Below, in pieces: positions 42,062 to 52,688 of a stretch of 64,000 nt of DNA; within the stretch, counting starts at the first letter, position 1, and every line of letters starts with the position of its first letter. The notes under the pieces were generated by a model. The model searched no databases. It saw only the letters and a list, made by a program, of their open reading frames with translations, and was not told the origin of the DNA. A program made the position numbers and the translations under genes. Source of the stretch: an uncultured Planctomycetota bacterium (GTDB lineage Bacteria; Planctomycetota; Planctomycetia; Isosphaerales; Isosphaeraceae); assembly GCA_963823665.1 (NCBI GenBank), contig CAWGMQ010000006.1, positions 32,001 through 96,000 of the forward strand, given 5' to 3'.

Positions 42062-44296
42062 TTAATGGCCCTCCCGGCTCGCGTCCATCTTCGTTCGTGA
42101 TGCTTCTTGGAGGGGATTGGTATCGTCGGGCATGAGGTCGGCGCCGATTTCCCAGAAGAAGACGCCGCGGAAGCCTTGTTTCATGGCCCATTCGGTCTTG
42201 GCGGCGACGGATTCGGCGTCGTCGTAGCCGATCACGGATTTGTGGTCGGGGGCGATCAGCCAGGGGTTGCGCGTCTGTGCGTCCCAGATGCGCGTCCAGT
42301 TTTTCTCTTTCACGAGCTTGATCAGGTTGTTGTAACCGCCGCCGGGCACGCGAGTCCTCGGTGCGTCCTTGGTTGATGCGTACGGCTCCGCGACAGGGAA
42401 GCCGCGGCCGTAGAGCGGGATGCCCACCGCCAGGCGATTGGCGGGGATGCCACGCTCGTTCAGCAGGTATTTCATCGAGAGCTCGGTCGAGCGCGGAGGG
42501 CCAGGCTGCTTCGACGAGGCGAAGAGCGGTGAGTGGTGGCCGGCGTAGTTCGTCCAGTTGCCCGTGTAGTCATAGGTCATGACGTTGATCCAATCCATGG
42601 TTTCGAGCAGGAAATCCTTGCCCAGCCACTTGAGCGTGCCGGGGTTGGATGACGCGGCCATGGTCAGGAACATCGGCTGGTTCCGGGCCTTGCCGATCTC
42701 GTCGATCTGCTTGCGCAGGCGCCGGGTCAGCCGCTCGAAGCCGATCACCTCTTTCTCCTTGTCGGGGTATTCCCAGTCCAGGTCGATGCCGTCGTAGTCA
42801 TTGTCTCGAACCACGTCGATCACGGACTTGACGTAGCGATCCTCGGCTTCGGGCTTCGACACGATCGACGCGAACTGATCGTCCCACCCCCAGCCGCCCA
42901 GGGAGAGCAAGACTTTCACGCCGGCCGCATGAGCTTTGGCGGTCACATCACGGCTGGGGACATTCCGGTCTTTGCGAACGTTGCCATCCGCGTCGGCGAC
43001 GAGAAACGCATGGCAAAGGTGCGTATAAAGCTTGAAGTTGATGTGACGCGGATGGCCGTAAAGGTAGCCGACGAAGACCTTGGCGGGTTCCTTCGCGGTT
43101 GTTTCTTCGTGCGGAGTGCTCACGATCAAGTTGCGATCATCGGTCAAATTCAGATAGTAAACCATCGCCTTCGCGGGCAGGGTTGCGCTTGCGGTGTGGG
43201 TGGACTTGTCGATGGCGGCGGGTGCTGTTTTCCAGAGGCGAGTGGTCCAGGAGCCTGGGTCTTCCGTGTAAAGCAGCTCCGCCTTCATGACCGGTGTCTT
43301 GCTCTGGAATCGGGCCCAGACGTGCTGGCCGTCGCGGCCTTGCTTCTCGACGGTCGCGAGCGGGGCCCCCTGCCCCACGATTGCGTTTGCAAACGCGAGG
43401 ATCTCGGGCGGGTTCTCGCCGGGACCGTTGTGACCGTGAGGCATTCGCAAGCGGATGCACAAGGTGCTCGGCCCGGGGACCGTGCGATACGACTTTTGCA
43501 GTGAGTCGAGCGGGTAGGCAAAATCGTTCGTGCCAGTGACCCAGAGCATGGGCATCCTGGCGTTCTTGAGGTAATGCGACGGATCCCACATCGCGAGCCA
43601 GCGGTCACCTTTCGAACCCAGTCTTTTGAACTCCGGTGCCCACGCCGAGTTGTCGCCCAGGTAGCCGCAGCCGTAGACCGGAACGGCGAACTTGAAGCGG
43701 TCGTCGAGGCCGGCAACGATGCAGGTGAGGTATCCGCCCCAGGAGATTCCGGTGATGCCGATGCGATCGGGGTCGACCTCGGGCATCGCGCGGAGCAGGG
43801 AGTGTGCCCGGATGACGTCGCTCACGGCGTGATAGGGCCACTGTTCGGACATGGGCTCGTCGGTGTGTTCGAAGTCACCCCAGCCTGGTGGGCCGCCTGC
43901 CTCGTGGCGTTCCCATTTTCCGTAGCTTCCCTTCGGCACGCAGCCGCAGGTGTCCATGGCGATGGCGGCATAGCCGCGCGAGACCCAGAGCCTTACCCAT
44001 GAGTCGAACGCCGTGCCGCCGCCGCCGTGCACCAGGACGATTCCGGGCGCTTTCTTGCCGGGTTCCAGCTTGGGAATTCCGACCCAGGCGAAGACATGCG
44101 TGGGCTTGCCTTTCCAGGGGACACCCTCGAAGAAGATTGCCTTGACGCCTTCTGCTTCAAAATCGGGCGCGGGGGTGTGCTCGGGGACGGAAAGGGCGTG
44201 CTGCGGCAATGTCATGGGGCGCGGCTCGTCGGCTGCGTGGAGGCGCGCGGGGACGGCGGAGACCGCTAGCACGAGCAGAACGGTGAAGCGATTCAT
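42062..44296 (-). CDS. Secreted fusion of an alpha/beta-hydrolase (acetylxylan esterase/S9-like) domain and a GH18 chitinase-like domain
   Basis: Signal peptide MNRFTVLLVLAVSAVPA; HGGGG and GISWGG; SLGGW, DGIDLDWEYP, MTYD, GVFFWE. Confidence 0.9.
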   Translation of the reverse strand: MNRFTVLLVLAVSAVPARLHAADEPRPMTLPQHALSVPEHTPAPDFEAEGVKAIFFEGVPWKGKPTHVFAWVGIPKLEPGKKAPGIVLVHGGGGTAFDSWVRLWVSRGYAAIAMDTCGCVPKGSYGKWERHEAGGPPGWGDFEHTDEPMSEQWPYHAVSDVIRAHSLLRAMPEVDPDRIGITGISWGGYLTCIVAGLDDRFKFAVPVYGCGYLGDNSAWAPEFKRLGSKGDRWLAMWDPSHYLKNARMPMLWVTGTNDFAYPLDSLQKSYRTVPGPSTLCIRLRMPHGHNGPGENPPEILAFANAIVGQGAPLATVEKQGRDGQHVWARFQSKTPVMKAELLYTEDPGSWTTRLWKTAPAAIDKSTHTASATLPAKAMVYYLNLTDDRNLIVSTPHEETTAKEPAKVFVGYLYGHPRHINFKLYTHLCHAFLVADADGNVRKDRNVPSRDVTAKAHAAGVKVLLSLGGWGWDDQFASIVSKPEAEDRYVKSVIDVVRDNDYDGIDLDWEYPDKEKEVIGFERLTRRLRKQIDEIGKARNQPMFLTMAASSNPGTLKWLGKDFLLETMDWINVMTYDYTGNWTNYAGHHSPLFASSKQPGPPRSTELSMKYLLNERGIPANRLAVGIPLYGRGFPVAEPYASTKDAPRTRVPGGGYNNLIKLVKEKNWTRIWDAQTRNPWLIAPDHKSVIGYDDAESVAAKTEWAMKQGFRGVFFWEIGADLMPDDTNPLQEASRTKMDASREGH

Positions 44297-44630
44297 GGCC
44301 TTGACCTGACGAAAGAAGACGCAGTTCGGTCGCGGTGTTTGATGCCGCGATCGATTATCGTGGGGTGCGACTGGAGGGTCAATCCGGCTGACAACGCGGA
44401 TTTCCGCGGCCCGATGATAATCAATCCCAACGCGGCAGCGCGGCATTGTTGGGCGCGGGTCTCTGACCCCGCCCCGCGGCGCGACCGCAGTTCTCCGAGA
44501 TGCACAGACGGCGTGGAGATCCTATGGCGGATGACTATGTTACTGGTCTCCAGGTTGAAACAGAAGGAAACGAAGGTAACGAAGAATTCAACGATATGGG
44601 GTTGGGGTCGCGAGGGGAGATGGATCGAGG

Positions 44631-47532
44631 TCAGGATCCGGACGGTTTTTCGATCAGGATGTCACCCAGGTCGAGTTTCTCGCCGGGCTTGACGGTGAAG
44701 TCTTTGCGGATCTGGACGCCCTTTCGGTCGACATTCCTGGTTGAGTAGTCGCTGATGCGGTAGAGCGCGCCTGGGATCAAGACCGGGAAGGTGATTCGTC
44801 CGGCGGCGTCCGTGAGCTGACGATCCGCGTAGTGATCGCGATCGATCGCGCCGACAGAGTCTGCGTCGGCGGCGAGCTGGGATTGACCGTTCTTGTCGAA
44901 GGTCATCCAATGCGGGCCGGGGGTGACCAGGATCTCGAAAATAGACAACTGCCTCAGATCGACGGAGGCGAGTGGCTTGCCGTCGGGGCCGACGAACCGG
45001 GCCACGGCCTGGCCGCAGGGCTCGAGCTGGATGGTCAGTTCCTTGCCGGTTTGCTTGCCGGCGAGCTCGGCGGCGGCGCCCCACTGGTTCACGGCGTCGA
45101 GGAAATAGACTGGTACGGTTTTCTCGGGGTCGAGGCCGTTCAGCTCGAAGACGCCATCGATCGCTGCTTGGCGTTTGAAGTCGCCCCTCCATTGGGGGCG
45201 GTAGTTTTCGATGTGAAGTCGGGAGAGGATTCTTGCTTCCTTCACCGCTTGTCCCTGAGGGCCGATGACCCGACCGCGCACTGTGTTTCCCCGACGGAGC
45301 GCGACGTCGATCGTTTGGGTCGGGGTTCCGGCCTGGGCTTCATAGGCGAGGATCTTGTGGGCATAGTTGCGGCGACCACCCGGCTGACCGTTGCGGAGCA
45401 TTCGGTCGCCGATCGATTCGAGGATAAAGTCGGGGCTGGGGCCGAAGATCAGCATATGGCCTTTCCCGGGAGGGACGACGATCTGGAATGAACCATCGTC
45501 CTTGCTGGCGACGATGGAAAATGAACCGCCTTGATTGCTCGCGCGGGGATTCGTCGACTGGAATTGCACAGTCGCGCCCGAAAGCACAGTACTCGAGGCT
45601 TGCTCGGTGACCTTGCCCCGGATCAGAGCGCCGCGAGGCAGCGGGATGTCGAGGTGTTTCCGCACGGCACCCTTGGTCCATGCAAACTCGACTGGCGGAG
45701 AAAGGTAGGGCTGGCCACTGGTCGGATACGCGGTCACGCGGAAATGATCACCTGTGGAAGGGTTGGCCTCGAATCGGCCCTGCGCGTCGGCGCGGAACCG
45801 CGTTGTGAACATGCCGCCGAGCCTGCCCTCGCCGGCTGCAACCGCGATGGTTGCGTGAGGAATGGGCTGGCCGGAATCAGCGGCCAGGACCTGGCCTTCA
45901 ATGATTGTCGCGGGGCGGAGGGAAAGCGTGACGTCCCTCGGGCCTTGTCGATCATCGGCCTGGAGGCGCAGACCCAGACGCGCGTAGCGCGGGTCTCGGG
46001 CATCGAACAGGATCTCATCGCCGACGGCCAAACCGGCGAGCGCGAAACGGCCACGATCGTCGGTGCGAAGCGGCGCCGGCCAGACGCGGAGCCCTTCGGG
46101 AGGGAGATTCCAGAAATAGACTCCGTTGATCAGTCCACTGGTGTAGCGGTGGCGAATCTGCGCCACGTGAACCTCGACATCCGCCGCCGGCTGGCCGTTC
46201 ACGTCCACCAGCCGGGCGCGGATGGGCTGTTCGGGTCGAAACCGGATCTGGACGGACGGTTCGCGGGCATCGGGGTTCAGTCGCCGTCCACGACAGCCCG
46301 TAGCCGGGGGCTTTGGCCAGGGCGTAGACGTCGAAGAAACGAGCCGAAGAGGTGCGAGTGATGTCGACATGGAACTGGCCGTCGTCGCCGGTTGCTCCCT
46401 GGCCCAGGAGGGTGTAAGCATCGAACTTTTCGGCGGCTGCCACGAACGGCGCGCGAGGCCGTCCGACGAAGTCGACTGGCACGCCCGGCATCGCTTTGCC
46501 GGCCGGGTCGACGATGGCGCCGGTCACGGTCATCGGGCCGGACGTGGCATCGGTGGGACGAGCTTTCGGGTGCGACTGCCCGTCGGCGCGGCGCTCAGGC
46601 TCGGCCGAAGCCGGTGGTATCTGGATGGTAAGAGGCGTGCCGGAGAAATAGCGAGCGGCGGCGATGACGCTCAGCGCCAGCAGGGTCCACGCGGCGAAAC
46701 GCAGTTTCATGACGATCGTCGCGTTGAGCACGTCGTGGGCCAGAGCCGAGGCGGAAGCAGGAACCGAAGCGTACCCCACGACGGTCGGTCGGCTCACGAA
46801 CTGGACGGCGGCGCGTGCCGTTGCCTCGCAGAGTTTGCAGGAGACGGATTCGGCGGCCGTTCGCGGTGCGAACGCGGCGGTCATTGCGACCGCCGGCGCC
46901 GCGATCCCTCGCCGCGTTAGTGCGCGGCGGAGCTTGGCGCGTGCTCGCGCCATCCGGCTGCGAATCGTGCCGGGCGGGCATTGGAGGCGTCGCGCTGCCT
47001 GATCGCCGGTGCACCCCTCGAGGTAGCAGAGCACGACCACACTTCTGAAGGATGACGCGAGGCGATCGATCTCTTCGTGAAGCGCCTGGCATTGCTCGCG
47101 GCGAGCGGCCTGTTGCTCAGGTGACGGGAGCGGCGAGGTGGTGTCGAGCGGCGTGTCGACCAATTCGTGAGTTTGTCGCCGGGCATGCCTGAGCTTCGCC
47201 TTTCGTGCCGTTCGAATCGAGACCTGATGCAGCCACGTTGCCAGGAGGTCGGGTTCGCGGATCGAGATCGCTCGGCGAGCGAGTACGAGGAAGACCGCCT
47301 GGAACGCGTCCTCGGCCTGATGCTGATCGCCGATAACCTGCCCGCAGACGCGTAAAACCATTGGCCCGTGTCTGGAGATGAGTGCGGTGAAAGCTGCCTC
47401 TCCGGCCCGGTCGGGGCGGTTGATGAACCGCTCGAGGAGTTGCCGGTCAGCAAGTCCAGCGACTGATTCGCCGTCGAAGATTGACTCGATCTGCCGGATG
47501 ATCGTGCGTTGTGCCGCTTGGGTCATCAGCAT
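44631..47532 (-). CDS. Planctomycete ECF sigma factor with TM and long C-terminal carboxypeptidase-regulatory-like repeats; frameshift near 46280
   Basis: DRQLLERF..EAAFTALISRHGPMVLRVC..AEDAFQAVFLVL; VVLCYLEG..GTIRSR; C-terminus ends FTVKPGEKLDLGDILI. Confidence 0.9.
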
Positions 47533-47733
47533 GTGCTCGCCGGGGACAAAGGCCGTTCGCGTTAAACCCGTATTGATAGAGCCCGGATGCGACTCGTCGT
47601 ATCCCAGGCAGTCTCGAACGATTCACTTCGAAGACCCCGGAAAAACGGTTCCTTCGATGTTATGATCAATCTGGTGCCGCTCGCGAGCGCCGGGATTCGA
47701 TTTTGTTCGTCGATGTTTCCTGAGGGGTGCGCA

Positions 47734-48618
47734 ATGCCGTCGCCGTTTCCAGGAATGAATCCTTATTTTGAGCGGTCGACGATCTGGCTCGATTTCCACA
47801 CCGAGTTTTTGACGTCCCTGCGCCGACTTCTGGTCCCGCAAGTGGCACCCAAGTACTTCGTGCATCTTGACGAGCACGTTTACATCCACGATGCACCCAC
47901 TCAAGAACGGCGGTGGGTCGTTAGATCGGGCCTTTCCGTCGCTCAAGGTGAGGGTCTCGTGCCGGAACGCCCAGGTGTGGGTCTGCTGGAAGCACCCGCC
48001 GAGGTCTTTCTGCCGGACCAGGACCTTGAGGGAGTTCCATTTCTCGAAATCCGCGACCGAGACGAGCGCGAGCTGATCACCGTTATCGAGCTGCTCTCCC
48101 CATCCGACAAAAGACCCGGCCCGGATCGTGAGCAATATATTGCGAAACGGCGGGAGTATCTTCGTAGCGCGGCGCATCTTGTCGAGATCGATCTCCTTCG
48201 AGGGTGGAAGCCCATGCCGGCTCACGGCCGGCCGGAGTGTGATTACTCAATCATGGTGAGCCAGGCGGAAAAGCGCCGTGCTGCCCTATTCTGGCCGGTG
48301 AGATTGAGAGAAAAATTACCGGTCATCCCGATACCGCTGCGGCAACCGGATGGAGCGGCGCACGTTGATCTTCGGGAGGCGCTCAACAGGGCATATGACG
48401 GTCCGGGATACGAGCGCGTGCTCTACCGTGGCACACCAGAACCGCCGCTCTCGGCCGAAGACGACGCATGGGCGCGGGAGCTCATCGCGGCGCAGAGGCG
48501 AGCGTCGCACGTCGATGAACCAACGATCGCTCGGGCATGGCACGTGCATAGCCTAAGTTCGTTCGTAGGATCACTTTCGTGCCGCTATCATCTTGACAAT
48601 GGCATAGCGATCGGATAG
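47734..48618 (+). CDS. DUF4058 family (PD-(D/E)XK-like) protein
   Basis: MPSPFPGMNPYFE..W.DFH; IELLSPSDK; HLVEIDLLR. Confidence 0.9.
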   Translation: MPSPFPGMNPYFERSTIWLDFHTEFLTSLRRLLVPQVAPKYFVHLDEHVYIHDAPTQERRWVVRSGLSVAQGEGLVPERPGVGLLEAPAEVFLPDQDLEGVPFLEIRDRDERELITVIELLSPSDKRPGPDREQYIAKRREYLRSAAHLVEIDLLRGWKPMPAHGRPECDYSIMVSQAEKRRAALFWPVRLREKLPVIPIPLRQPDGAAHVDLREALNRAYDGPGYERVLYRGTPEPPLSAEDDAWARELIAAQRRASHVDEPTIARAWHVHSLSSFVGSLSCRYHLDNGIAIG

Positions 48619-48891
48619 CCAATGAGGGTTGCTGCGAGTCATCCGCCAACGCGGGAACGCGTGCGTGGATCCGCAGGCTCCTGCACCCGCCATTCCTCGC
48701 TTGGAAGTTCTCTTTCAAACATGCTGTAATCTGACCATGAACGCGTTGCGGCCTGCCTGCGCCGCGACCGAAGTTGTTTTGATTGTTGAGGATATGACTG
48801 GTGCCGAAGCAGTTTGCCGGATCGGAATTCGGACGAGAGAAGGTACTTACGCTGTCCATTTACCCACGAGAGAGCGCTGGAAGGGACGACT

Positions 48892-50368
48892 TTGGCTGAA
48901 CGTGCGGCCGACGGAAAGAAACTGCAACGGGTGATCGTGATTGGCGGCGGGCTGTCGGGATTGACGGTCGCGCACCGGATTCACGAGCGCGCGCGGGCTT
49001 TGCGCCGGGGGGTCGAGCTGGTGGTGCTCGATGCCAGGGACCGCGTGGGAGGGGTGATCAGCACCGAGCGATTCGACGGCTTCACGCTTGAGCATGGTCC
49101 GGATTCGTTCATCACCAACAAGCCGTGGGGGCTTGATCTCTGCCACAAGCTCGGGCTCGCCGATCAGTTGATCGAAACGGAGGCCAGCAAACGGCGATCG
49201 TTCGTGGTGCGCAATGGCCGGCTGGCGCCGGTGCCGGAAGGCTTTGTTCTCATGGCGCCGAACCGGTTGCTGCCGATCCTGACGACACCGATCTTGTCGC
49301 TGCGCGGCAAGCTGCGGCTGCTGATGGATCTGGTGATTCCGAGGCGGAGCGACGAATCGGAGGAGAGCCTGGGATCGTTTGTGCGCCGCCGGTTCGGCCG
49401 CGAGGCGCTCGACCGCCTGGTGCAGCCGCTGGTGGCGGGAATCTACACGGCAGATCCCTACGACCTGAGCTTGAACGCGACTTTTCCGCAGTTCCCCCTG
49501 ATGGAGCGGGAGCATGGCAGCGTGATCCGAGCGCCTGCGCCGAGATGCACGCGAGCGAGGGCCGCGGCATCTCGAGAAACAGGCTTCCGGTGCGCGTTAC
49601 GGCCTGTTTGTAACGCTGGCCGACGGCATGGACATGCTGCCGGAAGCACTGGCTGAAGCGCTTCCACCCGGGACTGTTCGCACGAGCACGGCGGTGCGAC
49701 GCATCACCCGGAATGAACCGGTTTCTCCCTGGCTGGTCGAGCTGCTCGATGGTCCTCCGCTCGAAGCCGATGCGGTTGTGGTGGCAACAGAGGCCCACGC
49801 GGCGGCGCGCTTCCTGGACGCGCAGGACCCGGTGCTTGCGCTTCAGCTCCGGGCGATTCCGTATGCCTCGTCACTCATCGCCAACGTTGCTTACCGGCGC
49901 GACCAGATCAGCCATCCGCTCGACGGCTTCGGCGCGGTTGTGCCGGCGACGGAGCGGCGGTCGATCCTGGCGGTCTCGTTCCTCTCCGTAAAGTTCCCCA
50001 ACCGGGCCCCGGCGGGAACCGTGCTCCTGCGAGTCTTCATCGGCGGCATGACCCAACCCGAACAGCTCGAGCACGACGATGCCGCCGTGACCGCGCTCGT
50101 GGGGCAGGAACTCGGCGGCTTGATCGGGGCCTCGGGAGAGCCGATTTTCACGAGGATCACCCGGCACCCGCGAGCGATGCCGCAATACAACCTCGGGCAC
50201 CTCGATCGAGTGGCCGCGATTCGACGCAATCTTGCCAAGTACTCCCGTCTTTATCTGGCCGGCATCGGGTACGATGGTGTCGGGATTCCGGACTGCATTC
50301 ATGCCGCCGGAGTCACCGCCGATTTGCTGATCGATGCACTGGCCAGCCCGGCTGCGTCAGCCGCGTGA
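48892..50368 (+). CDS. hemG: Protoporphyrinogen/coproporphyrinogen oxidase (HemY-type); frameshift near 49533
   Basis: IGGGLSGL, EHGPDSF, PLVAGIY, AMPQY..GH, GVGIPDCI. Confidence 0.93.
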
Positions 50369-50431
50369 CCGCGGAGTCACCCGGGTCCAGCAATCGCAAA
50401 CACGGAAAAACAACCTTGGAGTGGATTGGAC

Positions 50432-52210
50432 ATGCCGCGCACGATCGCCTTGCCGAACGCGAAGCCCGCCCGCAGCGCGGGGTTTCTGTTTGCCGCACTT
50501 CTCGCCTGCTGGCAGATGGCCGCGGCGCCGGAGCCAGCGCGGGCACAGACGCCCAAGGCGACGTCGACGCAAGACCAGACGAAGCCCGCCGGTCCGGACA
50601 CGAAGAAGGCCGCTGGGCCGGCGACCAAGAGGCGCTCGGTCCGCGCAGGCCGACGCGGGCGGATATCCTGCGCGCGGAGTATGGACCGTATCGCGCCAAC
50701 AACGACCTTTTGTACTACCACCTGGACGTGCGCGTTGATCCCGAGAAGAAGACGATCGGCGGCAAGAACACAATCCGCTTCCGGATGCTGGTCGACGCCA
50801 CCAAGATCCAGCTCGACCTGAGCCCCGCGCTTGCGGTGGACAAGATCCTCCTCGGCGAGAAGCCGCTGACATTTGAACGCGAGGAAGGCGCGGTCTTCGT
50901 GACGTTTCCGGAGCGGCTCGTGCAAGGCAGGGAGTACTCGATCGACTTTCATTACTCCGGAACGCCGAGAACGTCGGGGCGATTCGGCGGCTTCACGTTT
51001 GGCAAGGACCCGGAGGGCAAGCCGTGGATTTACACGTCGTGCGAGGGCCAGGGGGCGAGCGTCTGGTGGCCCAACAAGGACCAGTGGCGCGACGAGGTCG
51101 AGTCCATGGACCTGAGCGTGACGATACCGAAAGAGCTGGTCGACGTATCCAACGGAAGATTCGCCGGCAAGAAGGACCTGGGCGACGGCTTCACGCGGTG
51201 GGATTGGCATATCAGCTATCCGATCAATAACTACTGCGTGTCGATCAACGCCGGCAATTATGTTCACTTCGATGACAAGCTGGGCGACCTGACGCTTGAT
51301 TTCTACGTATTGCCGCGGAACCTGGAAAAGGCCAAGAAGCAGTTTGCGCAGGCGAAGGGGATGATCGAGGCGTTCCAGCATTACTTCGGCGAGTATCCGT
51401 TCCATAAGGACGGCTACAAGCTGATCGAGGTGCCGTATACTGGGATGGAGCACCAGAGTGCCGTGGCCTACGGGAACCGCTTTGCGAACGGCTATTACGG
51501 GAACGACTTGACGGGAACCGGGATCAGCATGCGGTTCGATTACATCATCATCCACGAGAGCGGCCACGAGTGGTTCGGCAATAGTGTGAGCGCCGTCGAC
51601 AAGGCGGACATGTGGATTCACGAGGGCTGGACGACCTATACCGAGTGCCTCTATGTCGAGTACCTGTTCGGCCGCGACGATGCGCTCAAGTACACCAACG
51701 GCTACAAGCGGATGGTGCAGAACCGCCGGCCGATCGTGGGCAAGCGAGGAACGAACATCGAGCCGGACAACGATCAGTACTTCAAAGGGGCCGTGTTCTT
51801 GAACACGCTGCGCAGCGTGGTGAATGACGACAAGAAGTGGTGGTGCGTCTTGCGCGGGTATCATGACCGGTTCAAGTACAAGAGCATCGCCACCGAGGAT
51901 GTGGTCGAGTATTTCAACAAGGCGACCGGCAAGAATATGACGCCGATCTTCGATCAATACTTGCTGCATCCGGCGATTCCGGTGCTCGAGCTCAAATTTG
52001 ACGAACCGGGGAGCAAGGTTCTCCTACCGCTGGAAGGCTGATGAGAAATCGTTTGCGATGCCGGTGAAGGTGGGCACGAAGGAAAAGTGGGAAGTGATCG
52101 AGCCGACGACGGAATGGAAGGACATGAAGACGACGCTCAAGAAGGACCAGTTCGAGGTGGCCACGGATCTTTATTACATCGGCGTGAGCAAGACCTCCGC
52201 GGGGGGGTGA
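50432..52210 (+). CDS. M1 family zinc aminopeptidase; frameshifts near 50600 and 52020
   Basis: GMEHQ, HESGHEW..MWIHEG, YFKGA; signal-like N-terminus in a different frame. Confidence 0.9.
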
Positions 52211-52422
52211 GTCTGGGCTGTTGAGTATTCCCGACCAGGAGCGGTTATTTCCCGCCGCGTATGTTGCGCGAAGCTTCCCCCCCTTTAGAAGGGGTGGCAA
52301 GGGGGGGTGCGTGCCGGCGGCCGCCATCACAAAACCGTCGCGCAACAGAAAACGCCGAATCGTAGGGCCGACACTCTTGTCGGCCGTTTCGTTCGAGCGT
52401 GGGCGCGTGGGAAGCGGAAGAC

Positions 52423-52448
52423 GCACTTTCGCGGAGCGAAAGGCGACT
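52423..52448 (+). repeat. REP family TTCGC-GGA-GCGAA(A/G)GGCGA (also at 20336, 27290, 35067, 56923, 61217; IS-split copies at 20382/22048 and 40352/42019; degenerate at 23666)
   Basis: Direct sequence matches. Confidence 0.9.
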
Positions 52449-52688
52449 TTCGTACCCGCGTGGGCGCGTGGGAACCACTGTATGATGAGAGGCGTCAGAT
52501 TGGTGGAGTCCGTGACGGATTGAGCCAGCGCGGAAGCAGCCGAGTATGGCCCTGGCCGATGACGCTAATCCCGATACGCGATTGACGGGCTCAGAGGAGC
52601 ACCGGGCCGAGCGCGATCGACAACGCGGCTCGTTTTTCGCGCGCCGGGCTGAATTCGTGCGCGAAGGCGCGCGGCGATTCGCGTCGCC

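Noticed and set aside
47605..47660. GGAACC-N16-CGAAGT as a promoter for the long ECF
   Set aside because: It fits a generic ECF pattern but occurs once, with no second copy in the window to support it
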